64,000 nucleotides of DNA. Origin: a virus. A program made the position numbers and the translations under genes. Under the pieces are notes generated by a model, which saw only the letters and a list, made by a program, of their open reading frames with translations, was not told the origin of the DNA and ran no database searches. The stretch lies in IMG/VR virus record IMGVR_UViG_3300034520_000378; one strand, given 5' to 3'. Each line of letters begins with the position of its first letter. The first letter of the stretch is position 1. Positions 17,445 through 26,834 of this stretch are shown one piece after another.

Positions 17445-17693
17445 TTATACCCTCTCCTCTTTCTCCTCCCCTCCTTTCTCCCTGCAGCAGTGATGATCCG
17501 CCCGCCGCAGTCGCCGCGCCCGCCTCAGCTCCTCATACATCTCCTCCCTACCCCTCTCATATCCCTGTTCGTACACATACCTCACCAGAGCTTCTACCGT
17601 CAGCGCCTCAAGCCGTCCATCACGCAGCATGTTGTATACCGTAGCCCTGCTCACGCCGAGCAGCTTTGCAGCCATCGTCGCACTTACCTCCAT
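17445..17693 (-). CDS. small HTH DNA-binding protein (excisionase/HTH_17-like)
   Basis: AAKLLGVSRATVYNMLRDGRL; GAAGGGG RBS before ATG 17693. Confidence 0.75.
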   Translation of the reverse strand: MEVSATMAAKLLGVSRATVYNMLRDGRLEALTVEALVRYVYEQGYERGREEMYEELRRARRLRRADHHCCREKGGEEKEERV

Positions 17694-17706
17694 CGTGATA
17701 CCCCTT

Positions 17707-17895
17707 CTGTCTAAAAGTGTCACATTAGTCCACTGGATTAACATCACTTCTTTAGACACCTCTATTCCGTATATTACCCCCGATCTCAAAATGCCGCATC
17801 CCATCGCCGTTTTCGCTCCCGCTCTATACCGCATACCTCTCTCTGTCTAAAAGTGTCGCCTTAATCCACTGGATTAACACCGCTTCTTTAGACAC
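17707..17895. repeat. two 53-bp palindromic direct repeats (17707-17759, 17843-17895)
   Basis: CTGTCTAAAAGTGTC..TTA(G/A)TCCACTGGATTAACA..CTTCTTTAGACAC twice. Confidence 0.85.
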
Positions 17896-18182
17896 ACAGC
17901 TCCCCTCCGCTGGCTGTAGTGTGATTTAACCAGCCTCCGGCTTACTTTAGTCCCCTTGAGTGAAGCTGCGGAGCCGGTAAACTACTCCTCCCCGGGTGGG
18001 GTGCTATGGTGGTTGCAAAAACGCCCGCGGGACGGTAGGTCGCGACACGGGCGGCACGACCCCTCTTCGCTTCCCGTTGCCGCCAGCGCTCCGCGCTCCG
18101 TAGTCTGAACAGCAAAATTACGCAGCGGCAATCGGGATATATACCCGCACACCGGTTGTCGTTGCTGTAGGAGGTGAGAGAT

Positions 18183-19058
18183 ATGTGCGGGAGAGCTCCA
18201 AGAGATAACCATCTGATGGGGGTTGAGCCCCCGGTGACGGCGATGGTGGTGGTCGCCGCAGACTTGCGGCTGCCGGGTGCACCGGTGCGTACTTGGCAGT
18301 TGGCGAAGGGAGGTGAGTTGGTAATTGGCGTGGCACTGGTGGAATTCAGGAATAGGACAACCGTTGGGTATATCACCACGGTTGATCATATAGGGGAAAT
18401 TCGATGGCGAATCGAGGCCGGCCCGATGGGGGTATATGCCACCCAGAGTGTTATGCCCGGCCAAGAGTGGAGTCACTTCCTGGACCCGCTTGGGAGAGAT
18501 GTTAGTCCGTATGTGCACGCTGCCGTGGCCCGGGCGGCGGCGGAGCTGCTGCGGCTGGATCCGGGTAAGCCCCTTGGGGACAGTAGGTTTAGTGGCGTAA
18601 GTCAGTGCGTGGCGTGTCATGCGTTTAGGATCTTGCCGCAGGGCGATCAGGTTTTAGGAGACGCCGAGGGATGGGTGCGCACGCCCAGTACTGGTGATCT
18701 CCGCGACAGGGGGTTATGGCAGGCTGAAAGGTACTATTGCGTTGTCCGCCATGAGACGCCCGAGGATATAGAGCGTCTTGTGGCGAAGGCCAATGCGGAA
18801 TACACGAGGGGATGGAGCGCCCCCATCCTTCCCCTCCATTATGCGGGAGAGGAGTGTCCGTACTTCCTCCCGAAGGGAGCCGGGCGCCGCGGTGGTTTCC
18901 CGGCTTGGGAAGTCCCCGGTGGCCAGATCTCGAGCGATAATGTCGACATCGTTGACCGGGATGGCGTCAGGACTCTGCGTGTGCGAGCAGGGTTCTGGCA
19001 GGTTGAGGTGCCAGTGAAAAAGAATACCCCGTGCGCACACACGGGGCAAAAACAGTAA
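18183..19058 (+). CDS. hypothetical protein
   Basis: GGAGGTG RBS, ~290 aa. Confidence 0.7.
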   Translation: MCGRAPRDNHLMGVEPPVTAMVVVAADLRLPGAPVRTWQLAKGGELVIGVALVEFRNRTTVGYITTVDHIGEIRWRIEAGPMGVYATQSVMPGQEWSHFLDPLGRDVSPYVHAAVARAAAELLRLDPGKPLGDSRFSGVSQCVACHAFRILPQGDQVLGDAEGWVRTPSTGDLRDRGLWQAERYYCVVRHETPEDIERLVAKANAEYTRGWSAPILPLHYAGEECPYFLPKGAGRRGGFPAWEVPGGQISSDNVDIVDRDGVRTLRVRAGFWQVEVPVKKNTPCAHTGQKQ

Positions 19059-19074
19059 AAGGAGGTCGATAGTT

Positions 19075-20181
19075 ATGCTGAAAGCATTCATTCTCACAGA
19101 TGATTATACTGCGATCCTGTTTGACGATCAAGGGGAGGAGACCATCATCGGACGGCTCCTACCCGGCCTCCAGGAGGTTATTGCAGAGGAGTTTGGCCAG
19201 GCGGTTCCCGAAGTTGACGAGGTGGTTGACGAGGTTGCTGATGAACCTATCGAGGCCTGTCTGATAGACGAGGATATTGAGTTCGAGGGTGTCGCCGACC
19301 TCGAGCTCCTCGGGGACGACGGAGACCCCGGGGATCGTATACTCCCGGAGGAGTTTATCCGGTCCGGCGACCCGGTGGAGGACGAAGGCCTCACTCCACT
19401 GGACGCCGAGGAACTCATTCCAACCGGCGTGCTTTCCCAGGTAGCGGCTCCGCAGGATCTCTATGTTGCATATTTTGTCAATATCCAGCGGAGCGCGGAG
19501 AATCCGTGGGGTTCCCGCGACTCCTTCGCTGGGATCGACGCTATCGCTGCTGCCGGAAGCTCCCTCCGCAGCTTACCGTACTTCTTCCAGGTTGTTGCTG
19601 TACTCCCCCGACAGCCGCGGGGAGAGTTCAGGAATTTTATAGGCCGCGACGGCCGTGTCCACACAGTCCAGATGAAGGACCGGCCGTACGTGGTGGTTCG
19701 AGCTGGCGACATCGACGAAAACGGGAACTTCGTCCCCGGGATCGTCGATGAGGAGACTAGTGAGAGGAGGGAGCGGTACTTTGTTATCGCAGCCTGGAGC
19801 CTGTATAACATTCGAACAGGCGAGCGGTTCCAGTACACGGAGCCGACAGCTCCAGTGCGGCTTAACGAGGAATTCCGGCGGCGTGTGTTCCAAGTTTGCT
19901 GCGAGCGGTATCCCCACCTCTTCCAGAAGGTGCTTCACCCGAGGAAACACCTCGGTGTGAAGTACTGGCGGGTTGAGGTGCCGACCGAGGGAGACGGTGA
20001 GGCCTACGTCTCCTTCAGGTTCTGGGATGGCCGCTATACCAGAGAGGTTGTGCAAGTCTCCGGTTCTCAGCCCGTGCTTCCCGCTGCTCCAATTTCCCAG
20101 CTCCGGCTCTTTGCTCTACAGGCCGTCGCGTGGCGGCTTGTAGAGCAGGAGCTGGCTGGCGGAAAGGAGGTGAGTGAGTGA
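19075..20181 (+). CDS. hypothetical protein with very acidic N-terminal third
   Basis: AAGGAGG RBS, 368 aa. Confidence 0.75.
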   Translation: MLKAFILTDDYTAILFDDQGEETIIGRLLPGLQEVIAEEFGQAVPEVDEVVDEVADEPIEACLIDEDIEFEGVADLELLGDDGDPGDRILPEEFIRSGDPVEDEGLTPLDAEELIPTGVLSQVAAPQDLYVAYFVNIQRSAENPWGSRDSFAGIDAIAAAGSSLRSLPYFFQVVAVLPRQPRGEFRNFIGRDGRVHTVQMKDRPYVVVRAGDIDENGNFVPGIVDEETSERRERYFVIAAWSLYNIRTGERFQYTEPTAPVRLNEEFRRRVFQVCCERYPHLFQKVLHPRKHLGVKYWRVEVPTEGDGEAYVSFRFWDGRYTREVVQVSGSQPVLPAAPISQLRLFALQAVAWRLVEQELAGGKEVSE

Positions 20182-20405
20182 TGGCTCACCTCTCCCGCCA
20201 AGCGATGGAGCAGCAGCTTCTCCAGTGGAATCCACACTGGAAGCGAACTACCGTAGAGAGTTGGCATGATCGCCAGCTCTATGCGGTCTACATGCGCTGC
20301 TTGGAGCAGCAGCGTCAGCGCCAGTGGGTGCAGCAGCGACGGACAGTACAATACTCCACACAGAGAGCCGTCCAGCTCTCTCTGTTTGACATCATCCAGG
20401 GGTGA
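20178..20405 (+). CDS. hypothetical protein
   Basis: overlapping start, RBS, followed by terminator. Confidence 0.6.
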   Translation: MMAHLSRQAMEQQLLQWNPHWKRTTVESWHDRQLYAVYMRCLEQQRQRQWVQQRRTVQYSTQRAVQLSLFDIIQG

Positions 20406-20588
20406 GCCCGGACCTTACCGGGTTCACCCCTTTTTTGCTTGCAATACACCGCTTCCTTGGATACAGCTTCTGGCTTGTCTTTACTTCTTACGGTGAATTA
20501 CCTCTCTTAAAGGTGATTCAACTAATAGCCTGAACTTGGGACAAAAGCGCTCCGTCCAGGGTTCAGTGCCTTGCAAGGAGGTGAAAGC

Positions 20589-20792
20589 GTGTTCAAGCAA
20601 ATTCTTCTTGACCTCCTCCAGCTTGGTATTACCGATACCGAGCTGGAGGACGGCACGGAGGTACGCAACCTCCGTGTCGAGCCCGGCAGGTATCCCTGCG
20701 CCTGCCGTGGTTATGTGGTGGCCGAGGTTAATGGCCGCTAGGTGCGCTACCGCTATGCACTCCCCTGCCAGGAGTGCGGCGGTTGCCACTAA
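20589..20792 (+). pseudogene. small Cys-rich protein interrupted by in-frame TAG
   Basis: AAGGAGGTG RBS, GTG 20589, TAG 20739-20741, frame continues VRYRYALPCQECGGCH to TAA. Confidence 0.45.
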
Positions 20793-20881
20793 CAGCAGGG
20801 AAATCACCTTACCAGGCACCCGGGTAAGGTGATTCAAACAACAGGGTGCAAATAATAACATCTTAAGGAGGTTGATAGTTT

Positions 20882-21406
20882 ATGATCATTTCGTTAGTAG
20901 GTAACGTGGGCAATGTAAGGGTGTTTACAGGGGAGGACGGCAAGAAGGCTGTCTTGTTCTCCGTCGCGGTTGACCAGAAGGCCGCGAACGGGGAAAAAGC
21001 AGCTCCAATATGGTACAGTTTCAGAGCGGTAAACGGCTTAGCTGAGACGCTAAGCCAGTACTTGACAAAGGGGCGGCTTGTGTATGTCGCGGGGACCTCC
21101 CCACGGATACGCCAGTACGAGGTTGAGCGCACGCTCAACGTCGCTGGCGTGGGGACGGTGAAATTCAAGGACATTCGCCAGGAGGTTGAATACCTTCTGA
21201 CGGACTTCAGATTCCTTGATGCGCCTGCTACTCAGGCTGCCCCGCAGGTTATCGAAGCTCAGGTTGTTGCTCCTGCTGCTCAGGCTGCTACCGCACAGGC
21301 TGCTCCTCAAGCTACTCCGCAGACGGTCGCCCAGGCCTCCCTGAAGGCTTCGGCTGTTCAGGTCGCTCAGGCTGCTCAGGCCATTCCTGAAGACTTGCCG
21401 TTCTGA
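20882..21406 (+). CDS. ssb: single-stranded DNA-binding protein
   Basis: OB-fold (LVGNVG, YLTKGRLVYVAG), Ala/Gln linker, acidic EDLPF tail. Confidence 0.88.
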   Translation: MIISLVGNVGNVRVFTGEDGKKAVLFSVAVDQKAANGEKAAPIWYSFRAVNGLAETLSQYLTKGRLVYVAGTSPRIRQYEVERTLNVAGVGTVKFKDIRQEVEYLLTDFRFLDAPATQAAPQVIEAQVVAPAAQAATAQAAPQATPQTVAQASLKASAVQVAQAAQAIPEDLPF

Positions 21407-21570
21407 AAGCAAGGCAGCGCTGGACCTCCCGGTGCTGCCTTTTCTTGTTCAGCTTTGCCTGGTGCTTGGCCGGCACAGACCAGCGGTAGGCGGCTGAATG
21501 ATTTCGCTTAAAGGTGCAAGTAGAGTGCCTCTCTAGGCAGCAACACAAACCTGTTGCTGCCTTTTCTTGT

Positions 21571-21599
21571 TTGACTTTGTGTCTCGCATATGGTACAAT
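21571..21599 (+). promoter_or_regulatory. sigmaA promoter with TGTGTCTC box
   Basis: TTGACT-N17-TACAAT, extended -10 TG. Confidence 0.8.
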
Positions 21600-21625
21600 G
21601 TGTCTGAAAGGAGGTGCCTAGTGTC

Positions 21626-24346
21626 ATGGTGAAGTACGAGGTTCGCGGTAATGTTGCTGTTGTCACGTTCAACTATGACCCGGACTATGTTACTAGGATA
21701 AAGCAGGTGCCGGGTGCTAGATGGAATCCCGAGGAGAAGGCCTGGCAGATACCGGCACAGCACATAGAGACGTTCCGGCGGCTGTTCGATGGCGAGATAA
21801 TTGAAGACCGGCTGCCGGATTTTCATGCAGACATTGTCAAACAGGAAGTCGGCACAGCCGTGCCACTCTATGAGTTCCAGAAGTTCGGGGCGTCGTTCCT
21901 AGCTCAGAGGGCGGCACAGAACGGCTTTGCGTTCTTGTGTGACGCAACAGGCATTGGGAAGGGTCATCCTGTAGACACTAATATTCTTACCCCCGCTGGA
22001 TGGCGTCGGATAGGAGATCTGCGAGTAGGTGACAAAGTCATAGGATCAAATGGGCAGGCGGTAACGGTAACAGGTGTATTTAGGCGTGGTATATTGCCAG
22101 TGTATCGTGTTACCTTTAACGACGGTTGCTCTATTCTTGTCGATGCTGACCATGTCTGGGCTGTTCGCACGGGTAGTGATCAGCACCGTGGGCGCAACTT
22201 CTACCTGAAGACAACTCGTGAACTTATGAACGACCTTACTTATAGCAATGGTTACTGTAAGTGGCGTATTCCACTGGTAGCACCGGTTCAGTTCCAAGAT
22301 AGCGGTGAGAGGCCTATAGATCCATATGTCCTTGGTGTTCTATTGGCAGACGGATGTTTTAGTGGGCATACTGTACGATTTACACCTGGTGACAAACATG
22401 TTGCAGAAGAGGTGGCCTCATTACTACCTCCAGGACTTAGCTTGACAAAAGAGCGAGGTAGTCGATCTAGCTCTACCACATATTGTATATCTTCTGGTAA
22501 ACCTGGAGCATCCAACCCCGTACTTGATGCACTAAGGCAACTAGGGCTTATGGGGTTGCGCTCTCACGAACGCTTCGTGCCTCGGTCTTATCTTTTTGCA
22601 CCTGTTGAGGATCGGATAGCATTGCTCCAAGGTTTATTAGATTCAGACGGCGAATTTTATGTGGGCACTAACCATGTTGGGTTCTGTACTACCTCTCTCC
22701 ACCTGGCGGAGGCTGTTACATTTTTGGTCCAAAGTTTCGGCGGTGTAGTGTGGCAAACGATAAAACGATCCCCAAAGTATAGACATAACGGAGAGCTTCG
22801 TGTTGGGAAACAAGCTTACTTGCTCTCTATTCGCCTGCCCGACTCTATTACACCCTTCCGTATAAGGAAACTGCCACCTCTTAAGAGGCCCAGAAAGTAC
22901 TTGCCTAACCGAATCATACGCTCCATTGAACCGGCTGGTCAAGCTGAAGTGATATGTATTGCTGTCGATGCTCCTGATCAGCTCTACGTTACCGAACACT
23001 TCATAGTTACTCATAATACACCGCAGTCCCTCGGTGCCTGGCTGCTCCTTAAGGACATGCTCGGCACCGAGTCCCTACCTACTCTTGTTGTCACGCCTGC
23101 CGCCGTGCGGCACCAGTGGGTGGTTGACGCCATCCCCAAGTTCCTGGGGAGCGACACCGACGTGGTTGAGGTGGTCGGTACGCAGCAGCAGCGGCTTGCG
23201 CTTTACGGCACGGCGGAGATAACCGTGGTTAACTACGAGGCGCTCATGCGCGATGCCGAGCTCATCCCCAAGGATACTAAGTTTGCCTTGTTCGTCTTCG
23301 ATGAGTGCCAGAGACTCAAGAATAAGAGCGGCGTTACATATAGGGCTGTCAAGAAGTTGCTTAAGCGGATGCCGGGTGCGTTTAAGTTCTTCCTGACGGC
23401 CACACCGCTCATGAACAACCTGGACGAGCTTTATGCCCTGTTCGAATTGGCTCAGCCTGGCTTCTTCGGCAAGTACAGTCAGTTCAAACAGGAGCATATG
23501 AAGTTCGTCTGGACTGGCAAGTACCCCAAGCTTGTCGGCTATAAGAAGCTTGGTATGATTGCCCAGAAGATTGCCCCACATATCCTCCGCCGTACAGCAG
23601 AGCATCCGGAAGTTGCCACTGCGCTGCCGGAGTTTGTTGAGCAGGTGCTGTACGTGGAGCCGTCCCCCCTACAGCGGCAGCTGCATGACCTCATATACGA
23701 CGACTGGCTCAAAACGCAGCAGGAGCTTGCCAAGCTTGAAGGTCCGGCACGTGAGCAGGCCGAGGTGCGCTGCCGCGGCCAGATTGTGCTTATGCAGGGT
23801 GCGGCGGATGACCCGCGGCTCTTCACTATGAGCAGCTCAAGGCAGACGGAGTACTACCTGGAGCACGTGGGAAACATTCCTGATTCTCCTTCCCCGAAGC
23901 TCCAGGCATTGTGCGAGCTTGTTAACGACCTTGTACCCGATGGCAAGGTCGTCATATTCACCTGCTTTGAACGCATGGCGCGTCTTATCCACGGCGCACT
24001 GCAGCAATACAATCCGGCCTTGTTCACGGGTAAGAACAAGGACGAGCGCGAGGTCGAGCTTAAGCGCTTCTGGCAGGATCCGTCCTGTAAGGTTATTGTC
24101 ATGACTGACGCTGGAGGAGTGGGGTTGAACGTCCAAATCGCCAGGTTCCTCATTAACTTCGACCTCCCATGGAGCCCCGGCCAACTGGAACAGCGGTACG
24201 GCCGCATCAAACGCTTCGGCTCACAGTACCGCTCTGTTGTCGTTTTCAACATGCTTACGCTGGGCACCATCGACCAGCGCGTTATGCAGGCACTCCAGCG
24301 CAAGCAGGAGGTGTTTACAGCGCTCATCTATGCATACCCCGTGTGA
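21626..24346 (+). CDS. SNF2-family helicase with N-terminal HARP-like domain, intein-containing
   Basis: GIGK|T Walker A split by intein, DECQ, LTATP..N, GGVGLN, QRYGRIKR motifs. Confidence 0.9.
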   Translation: MVKYEVRGNVAVVTFNYDPDYVTRIKQVPGARWNPEEKAWQIPAQHIETFRRLFDGEIIEDRLPDFHADIVKQEVGTAVPLYEFQKFGASFLAQRAAQNGFAFLCDATGIGKGHPVDTNILTPAGWRRIGDLRVGDKVIGSNGQAVTVTGVFRRGILPVYRVTFNDGCSILVDADHVWAVRTGSDQHRGRNFYLKTTRELMNDLTYSNGYCKWRIPLVAPVQFQDSGERPIDPYVLGVLLADGCFSGHTVRFTPGDKHVAEEVASLLPPGLSLTKERGSRSSSTTYCISSGKPGASNPVLDALRQLGLMGLRSHERFVPRSYLFAPVEDRIALLQGLLDSDGEFYVGTNHVGFCTTSLHLAEAVTFLVQSFGGVVWQTIKRSPKYRHNGELRVGKQAYLLSIRLPDSITPFRIRKLPPLKRPRKYLPNRIIRSIEPAGQAEVICIAVDAPDQLYVTEHFIVTHNTPQSLGAWLLLKDMLGTESLPTLVVTPAAVRHQWVVDAIPKFLGSDTDVVEVVGTQQQRLALYGTAEITVVNYEALMRDAELIPKDTKFALFVFDECQRLKNKSGVTYRAVKKLLKRMPGAFKFFLTATPLMNNLDELYALFELAQPGFFGKYSQFKQEHMKFVWTGKYPKLVGYKKLGMIAQKIAPHILRRTAEHPEVATALPEFVEQVLYVEPSPLQRQLHDLIYDDWLKTQQELAKLEGPAREQAEVRCRGQIVLMQGAADDPRLFTMSSSRQTEYYLEHVGNIPDSPSPKLQALCELVNDLVPDGKVVIFTCFERMARLIHGALQQYNPALFTGKNKDEREVELKRFWQDPSCKVIVMTDAGGVGLNVQIARFLINFDLPWSPGQLEQRYGRIKRFGSQYRSVVVFNMLTLGTIDQRVMQALQRKQEVFTALIYAYPV
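21962..23017 (+). mobile_element. class 3 intein (352 aa) with LAGLIDADG endonuclease
   Basis: starts GHPVDT, block B DHVW, block F VICIAV, ends VTHN|T; LGVLLADG and LQGLLDSDG motifs; lower GC. Confidence 0.88.
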
Positions 24347-24407
24347 TTTAGCTTAGGTGTGAGCCGGAGAGAAAAAAGCTCCGGTTTGCAAACAAGCACA
24401 CGGGAGG

Positions 24408-24614
24408 TTGAAAGCTATGCAGTCTTCTTCTGTTTACTTCGATGAGGTTAAGGAACGTACACTGCTTGCGCGTACGTCAAGGAAACACAGGATTAAGCGC
24501 GTTAGCTGGTGCACGTCGCCTATGGATGTCATCGATAGGCGGCGCCATCCGGAGTACCGCGCCAGCCGCGTGAAAGTGTATCACATTGACGCGCTTAAAC
24601 TTCAACACGCCTAA
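24408..24614 (+). CDS. hypothetical protein
   Basis: GGGAGG RBS, short ORF. Confidence 0.45.
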   Translation: MKAMQSSSVYFDEVKERTLLARTSRKHRIKRVSWCTSPMDVIDRRRHPEYRASRVKVYHIDALKLQHA

Positions 24615-24709
24615 TCCTCTCTGTTGGAACAATTACCGCCAGCCCGAGGTCGCGGGGCGACTAACAAATACCGCGGCACCCCACCGGGGGAGGGTTAAAG
24701 GAGGTTAAC

Positions 24710-25285
24710 ATGTCGTTTAAGGTTGATTCGATTCGTGTCCAGTACAAGGAAGTCGATGGTACCCGCTTCTACTATGCTGACGTAGGCTCTGAAGTCCATG
24801 GACGCTATAGTTTTAGGCTTTGGATCTCCGGTCGTCTTGTTAAGCAGGTTGTAGACAAGGATGGCAATGTTACTTACCTGGTCACGTTCCCGGTGAAGGA
24901 TGCAGCAATCGTGCGGACGGAAAAAGGCACTCTTGTCCTGCGTCCAGTGCCCGGCAAGGTCACTCACAACATTCTGGTGCCATGTGGCTATCGCGGCACA
25001 TCGTCTATACAGGTCGATGACATGGCAGGCGTAGAGGTGTATACTTATTACGTGTACGAGTCTCCACGCGGGAACCTTGGTATCAGCACTGGCGCACTCA
25101 TCGTTGCTAATGACGTACCGGTGTTTGTCAACTGGTCGCGCTCCGGCAGGCTGTACGGTGTCCCGGACAAGGGTGTGCTTATCCTCTATCCGGACGGGGA
25201 CACATACGAGCGCGAGGCGTGCGAGTGCCTCGATGGACTGCCGGACCGTGAGGAGCTCGAGGAGCTTAAGGAACTTCTCTCCTAG
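24710..25285 (+). CDS. hypothetical protein
   Basis: AAGGAGG RBS, 191 aa. Confidence 0.75.
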   Translation: MSFKVDSIRVQYKEVDGTRFYYADVGSEVHGRYSFRLWISGRLVKQVVDKDGNVTYLVTFPVKDAAIVRTEKGTLVLRPVPGKVTHNILVPCGYRGTSSIQVDDMAGVEVYTYYVYESPRGNLGISTGALIVANDVPVFVNWSRSGRLYGVPDKGVLILYPDGDTYEREACECLDGLPDREELEELKELLS

Positions 25286-25288
25286 GGG

Positions 25289-25642
25289 GTGATAAGAGTG
25301 TCGGCACAGCTGGAGCGCATTGTAGACCACCGTATCCTCAAGCATCCCCAGACGGGTCACATTGTCTATGTTAAGACAGGCTTTAACTGGTATGCTTTTC
25401 TGTTCGGCCCGTTCTGGTATATCTTCAATGATCTAGTCTTCCAAGGTCTGGCTTGGTTTGCTGTTAGTGCCGCTGCTACATCTCTCTTTAACATCGTCGG
25501 CTTAGTCCTTGTTTGGACTATTGCCGGCTTCACTGCTTATGATGCCAAGTACAAGCAGCTTTTGAAGAAGGGCTATGTCGACATTACTGCCGAGCTGCTT
25601 GAGCGCTGGCATACGGAGTCTGATCAGAGCCAAGCTAACTAA
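25289..25642 (+). CDS. DUF2628-like membrane protein
   Basis: GFNWYAFLFGPFWY motif and C-terminal LLKKGY. Confidence 0.65.
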   Translation: MIRVSAQLERIVDHRILKHPQTGHIVYVKTGFNWYAFLFGPFWYIFNDLVFQGLAWFAVSAAATSLFNIVGLVLVWTIAGFTAYDAKYKQLLKKGYVDITAELLERWHTESDQSQAN

Positions 25643-25721
25643 ATGCTACTACAGGCAGGAGGAGGCTGAATGTGATTCGGTTAAATCCTGCCTAAATCAT
25701 ATCACAGGAGAGGATAGCATT

Positions 25722-26102
25722 ATGGCTTTGTGTGCACGTAAATTTCTCCCACACGAGGATGGGGTTATCATCAACTGCATTATAGGCGCGCCTTCTTTGC
25801 ATGATGGTCTACAAAAGGCTGCTACTCAGCTAGGTAGATCGTTCCGTAGTGTTGAGAGCCGTTATAGGAGACTCAAGAGCAAAGGTCTTGTATCCGCTTC
25901 GGCGCAGAGCACAGCGCCGTCTTGTAAGGTGCATCAAACTTTTGCATCTGCACAGTCGGCAGCGAATTCTAACATGAACCGTGTCATCCAGCGCCTGCTG
26001 GACAATGCCGATGCGGTTGTCATCTATACAGGGGACTATGAGTGTCGAATTGTGCGTACCAAGCGCGTTCAGCTTGCGGCTGTCAAGCAGAGCACCGGCT
26101 GA
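25722..26102 (+). CDS. Myb/SANT-like HTH protein (RsfA-like)
   Basis: F..HED..I...AATQLGRSFRSVESRY pattern. Confidence 0.5.
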   Translation: MALCARKFLPHEDGVIINCIIGAPSLHDGLQKAATQLGRSFRSVESRYRRLKSKGLVSASAQSTAPSCKVHQTFASAQSAANSNMNRVIQRLLDNADAVVIYTGDYECRIVRTKRVQLAAVKQSTG

Positions 26103-26200
26103 CAGCCGGTATATGGCAGCCAGGACAAGTCCTAGTTGTATTCACCTTCCGCCGGTGTTATAATGTGTGCAGGAGTTCCTGTGCAGGGAGGTGAGAGCTG

Positions 26201-26731
26201 GTGTCACAAACTACTCAACAGTCATCATCACCAGGGTCACACAGGGCGCGTGCATTCATAGCATTTATCATCGCTGGCATCATGTTACTAGAGTTTATCT
26301 ATCTTTACATCCCCCTGTTCCCCAGCTCCAGGAATACTTACCATTTCTACCTATACACCCTGTTTAGCGTGCTAAGTCCTATGAAAGCCCAGTTGGAGAC
26401 GCTGATACAGACTGATCCTAGCTTTCCATCTGAGTACCGCACTGACGAGTACATTCGGCTTCTGGACGGCCTTATCCGCCGATCCTACTTTGTGCTCATC
26501 GCTCTCCACTTGCGTTGTCCACCACTGGGCTACTGGAAGATGCATCGCTCCTACATAGAGGTCGCCAAGTTCTACATACGTTACTTCAAGACGGCTAAGC
26601 ACTATGTTCAGGATCCGCTTGACCCCAATGTAGAGGCTGAGTGTATGTTTCTACTGTACGAAATAGACCGTCTTAACAACGAACTATACCTAGAGGACCC
26701 GCTCACTGGTATAGTACCACTGCCCTACTAG
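26201..26731 (+). CDS. hypothetical membrane-anchored protein
   Basis: GGAGGTG RBS; TM segment; terminator follows. Confidence 0.65.
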   Translation: MSQTTQQSSSPGSHRARAFIAFIIAGIMLLEFIYLYIPLFPSSRNTYHFYLYTLFSVLSPMKAQLETLIQTDPSFPSEYRTDEYIRLLDGLIRRSYFVLIALHLRCPPLGYWKMHRSYIEVAKFYIRYFKTAKHYVQDPLDPNVEAECMFLLYEIDRLNNELYLEDPLTGIVPLPY

Positions 26732-26770
26732 AGGGACGAGTATTTGTGCTCGTCCCTTTTTCTTACTTGT

Positions 26771-26813
26771 TGTGTCTCGTAATATTGACGCCGTGATGCT
26801 TATATGTTATCCT
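26771..26813 (+). promoter_or_regulatory. sigmaA promoter with upstream TGTGTCTC box
   Basis: TGTGTCTC then TTGACG-N17-TATCCT with extended -10. Confidence 0.6.
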
Positions 26814-26834
26814 AGTATCGGAGGTGATACGAGT

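Noticed and set aside
16507-17895. CRISPR array from the 12-mer or the 53-bp repeats
   Set aside because: Only two or three copies, mixed orientation, irregular spacing and no cas genes.
24632-24644. ATTACCGCCAGCC shared with 28107-28119 in two leaders
   Set aside because: Only two 13-nt copies with dissimilar downstream structure; insufficient to call a regulatory RNA.
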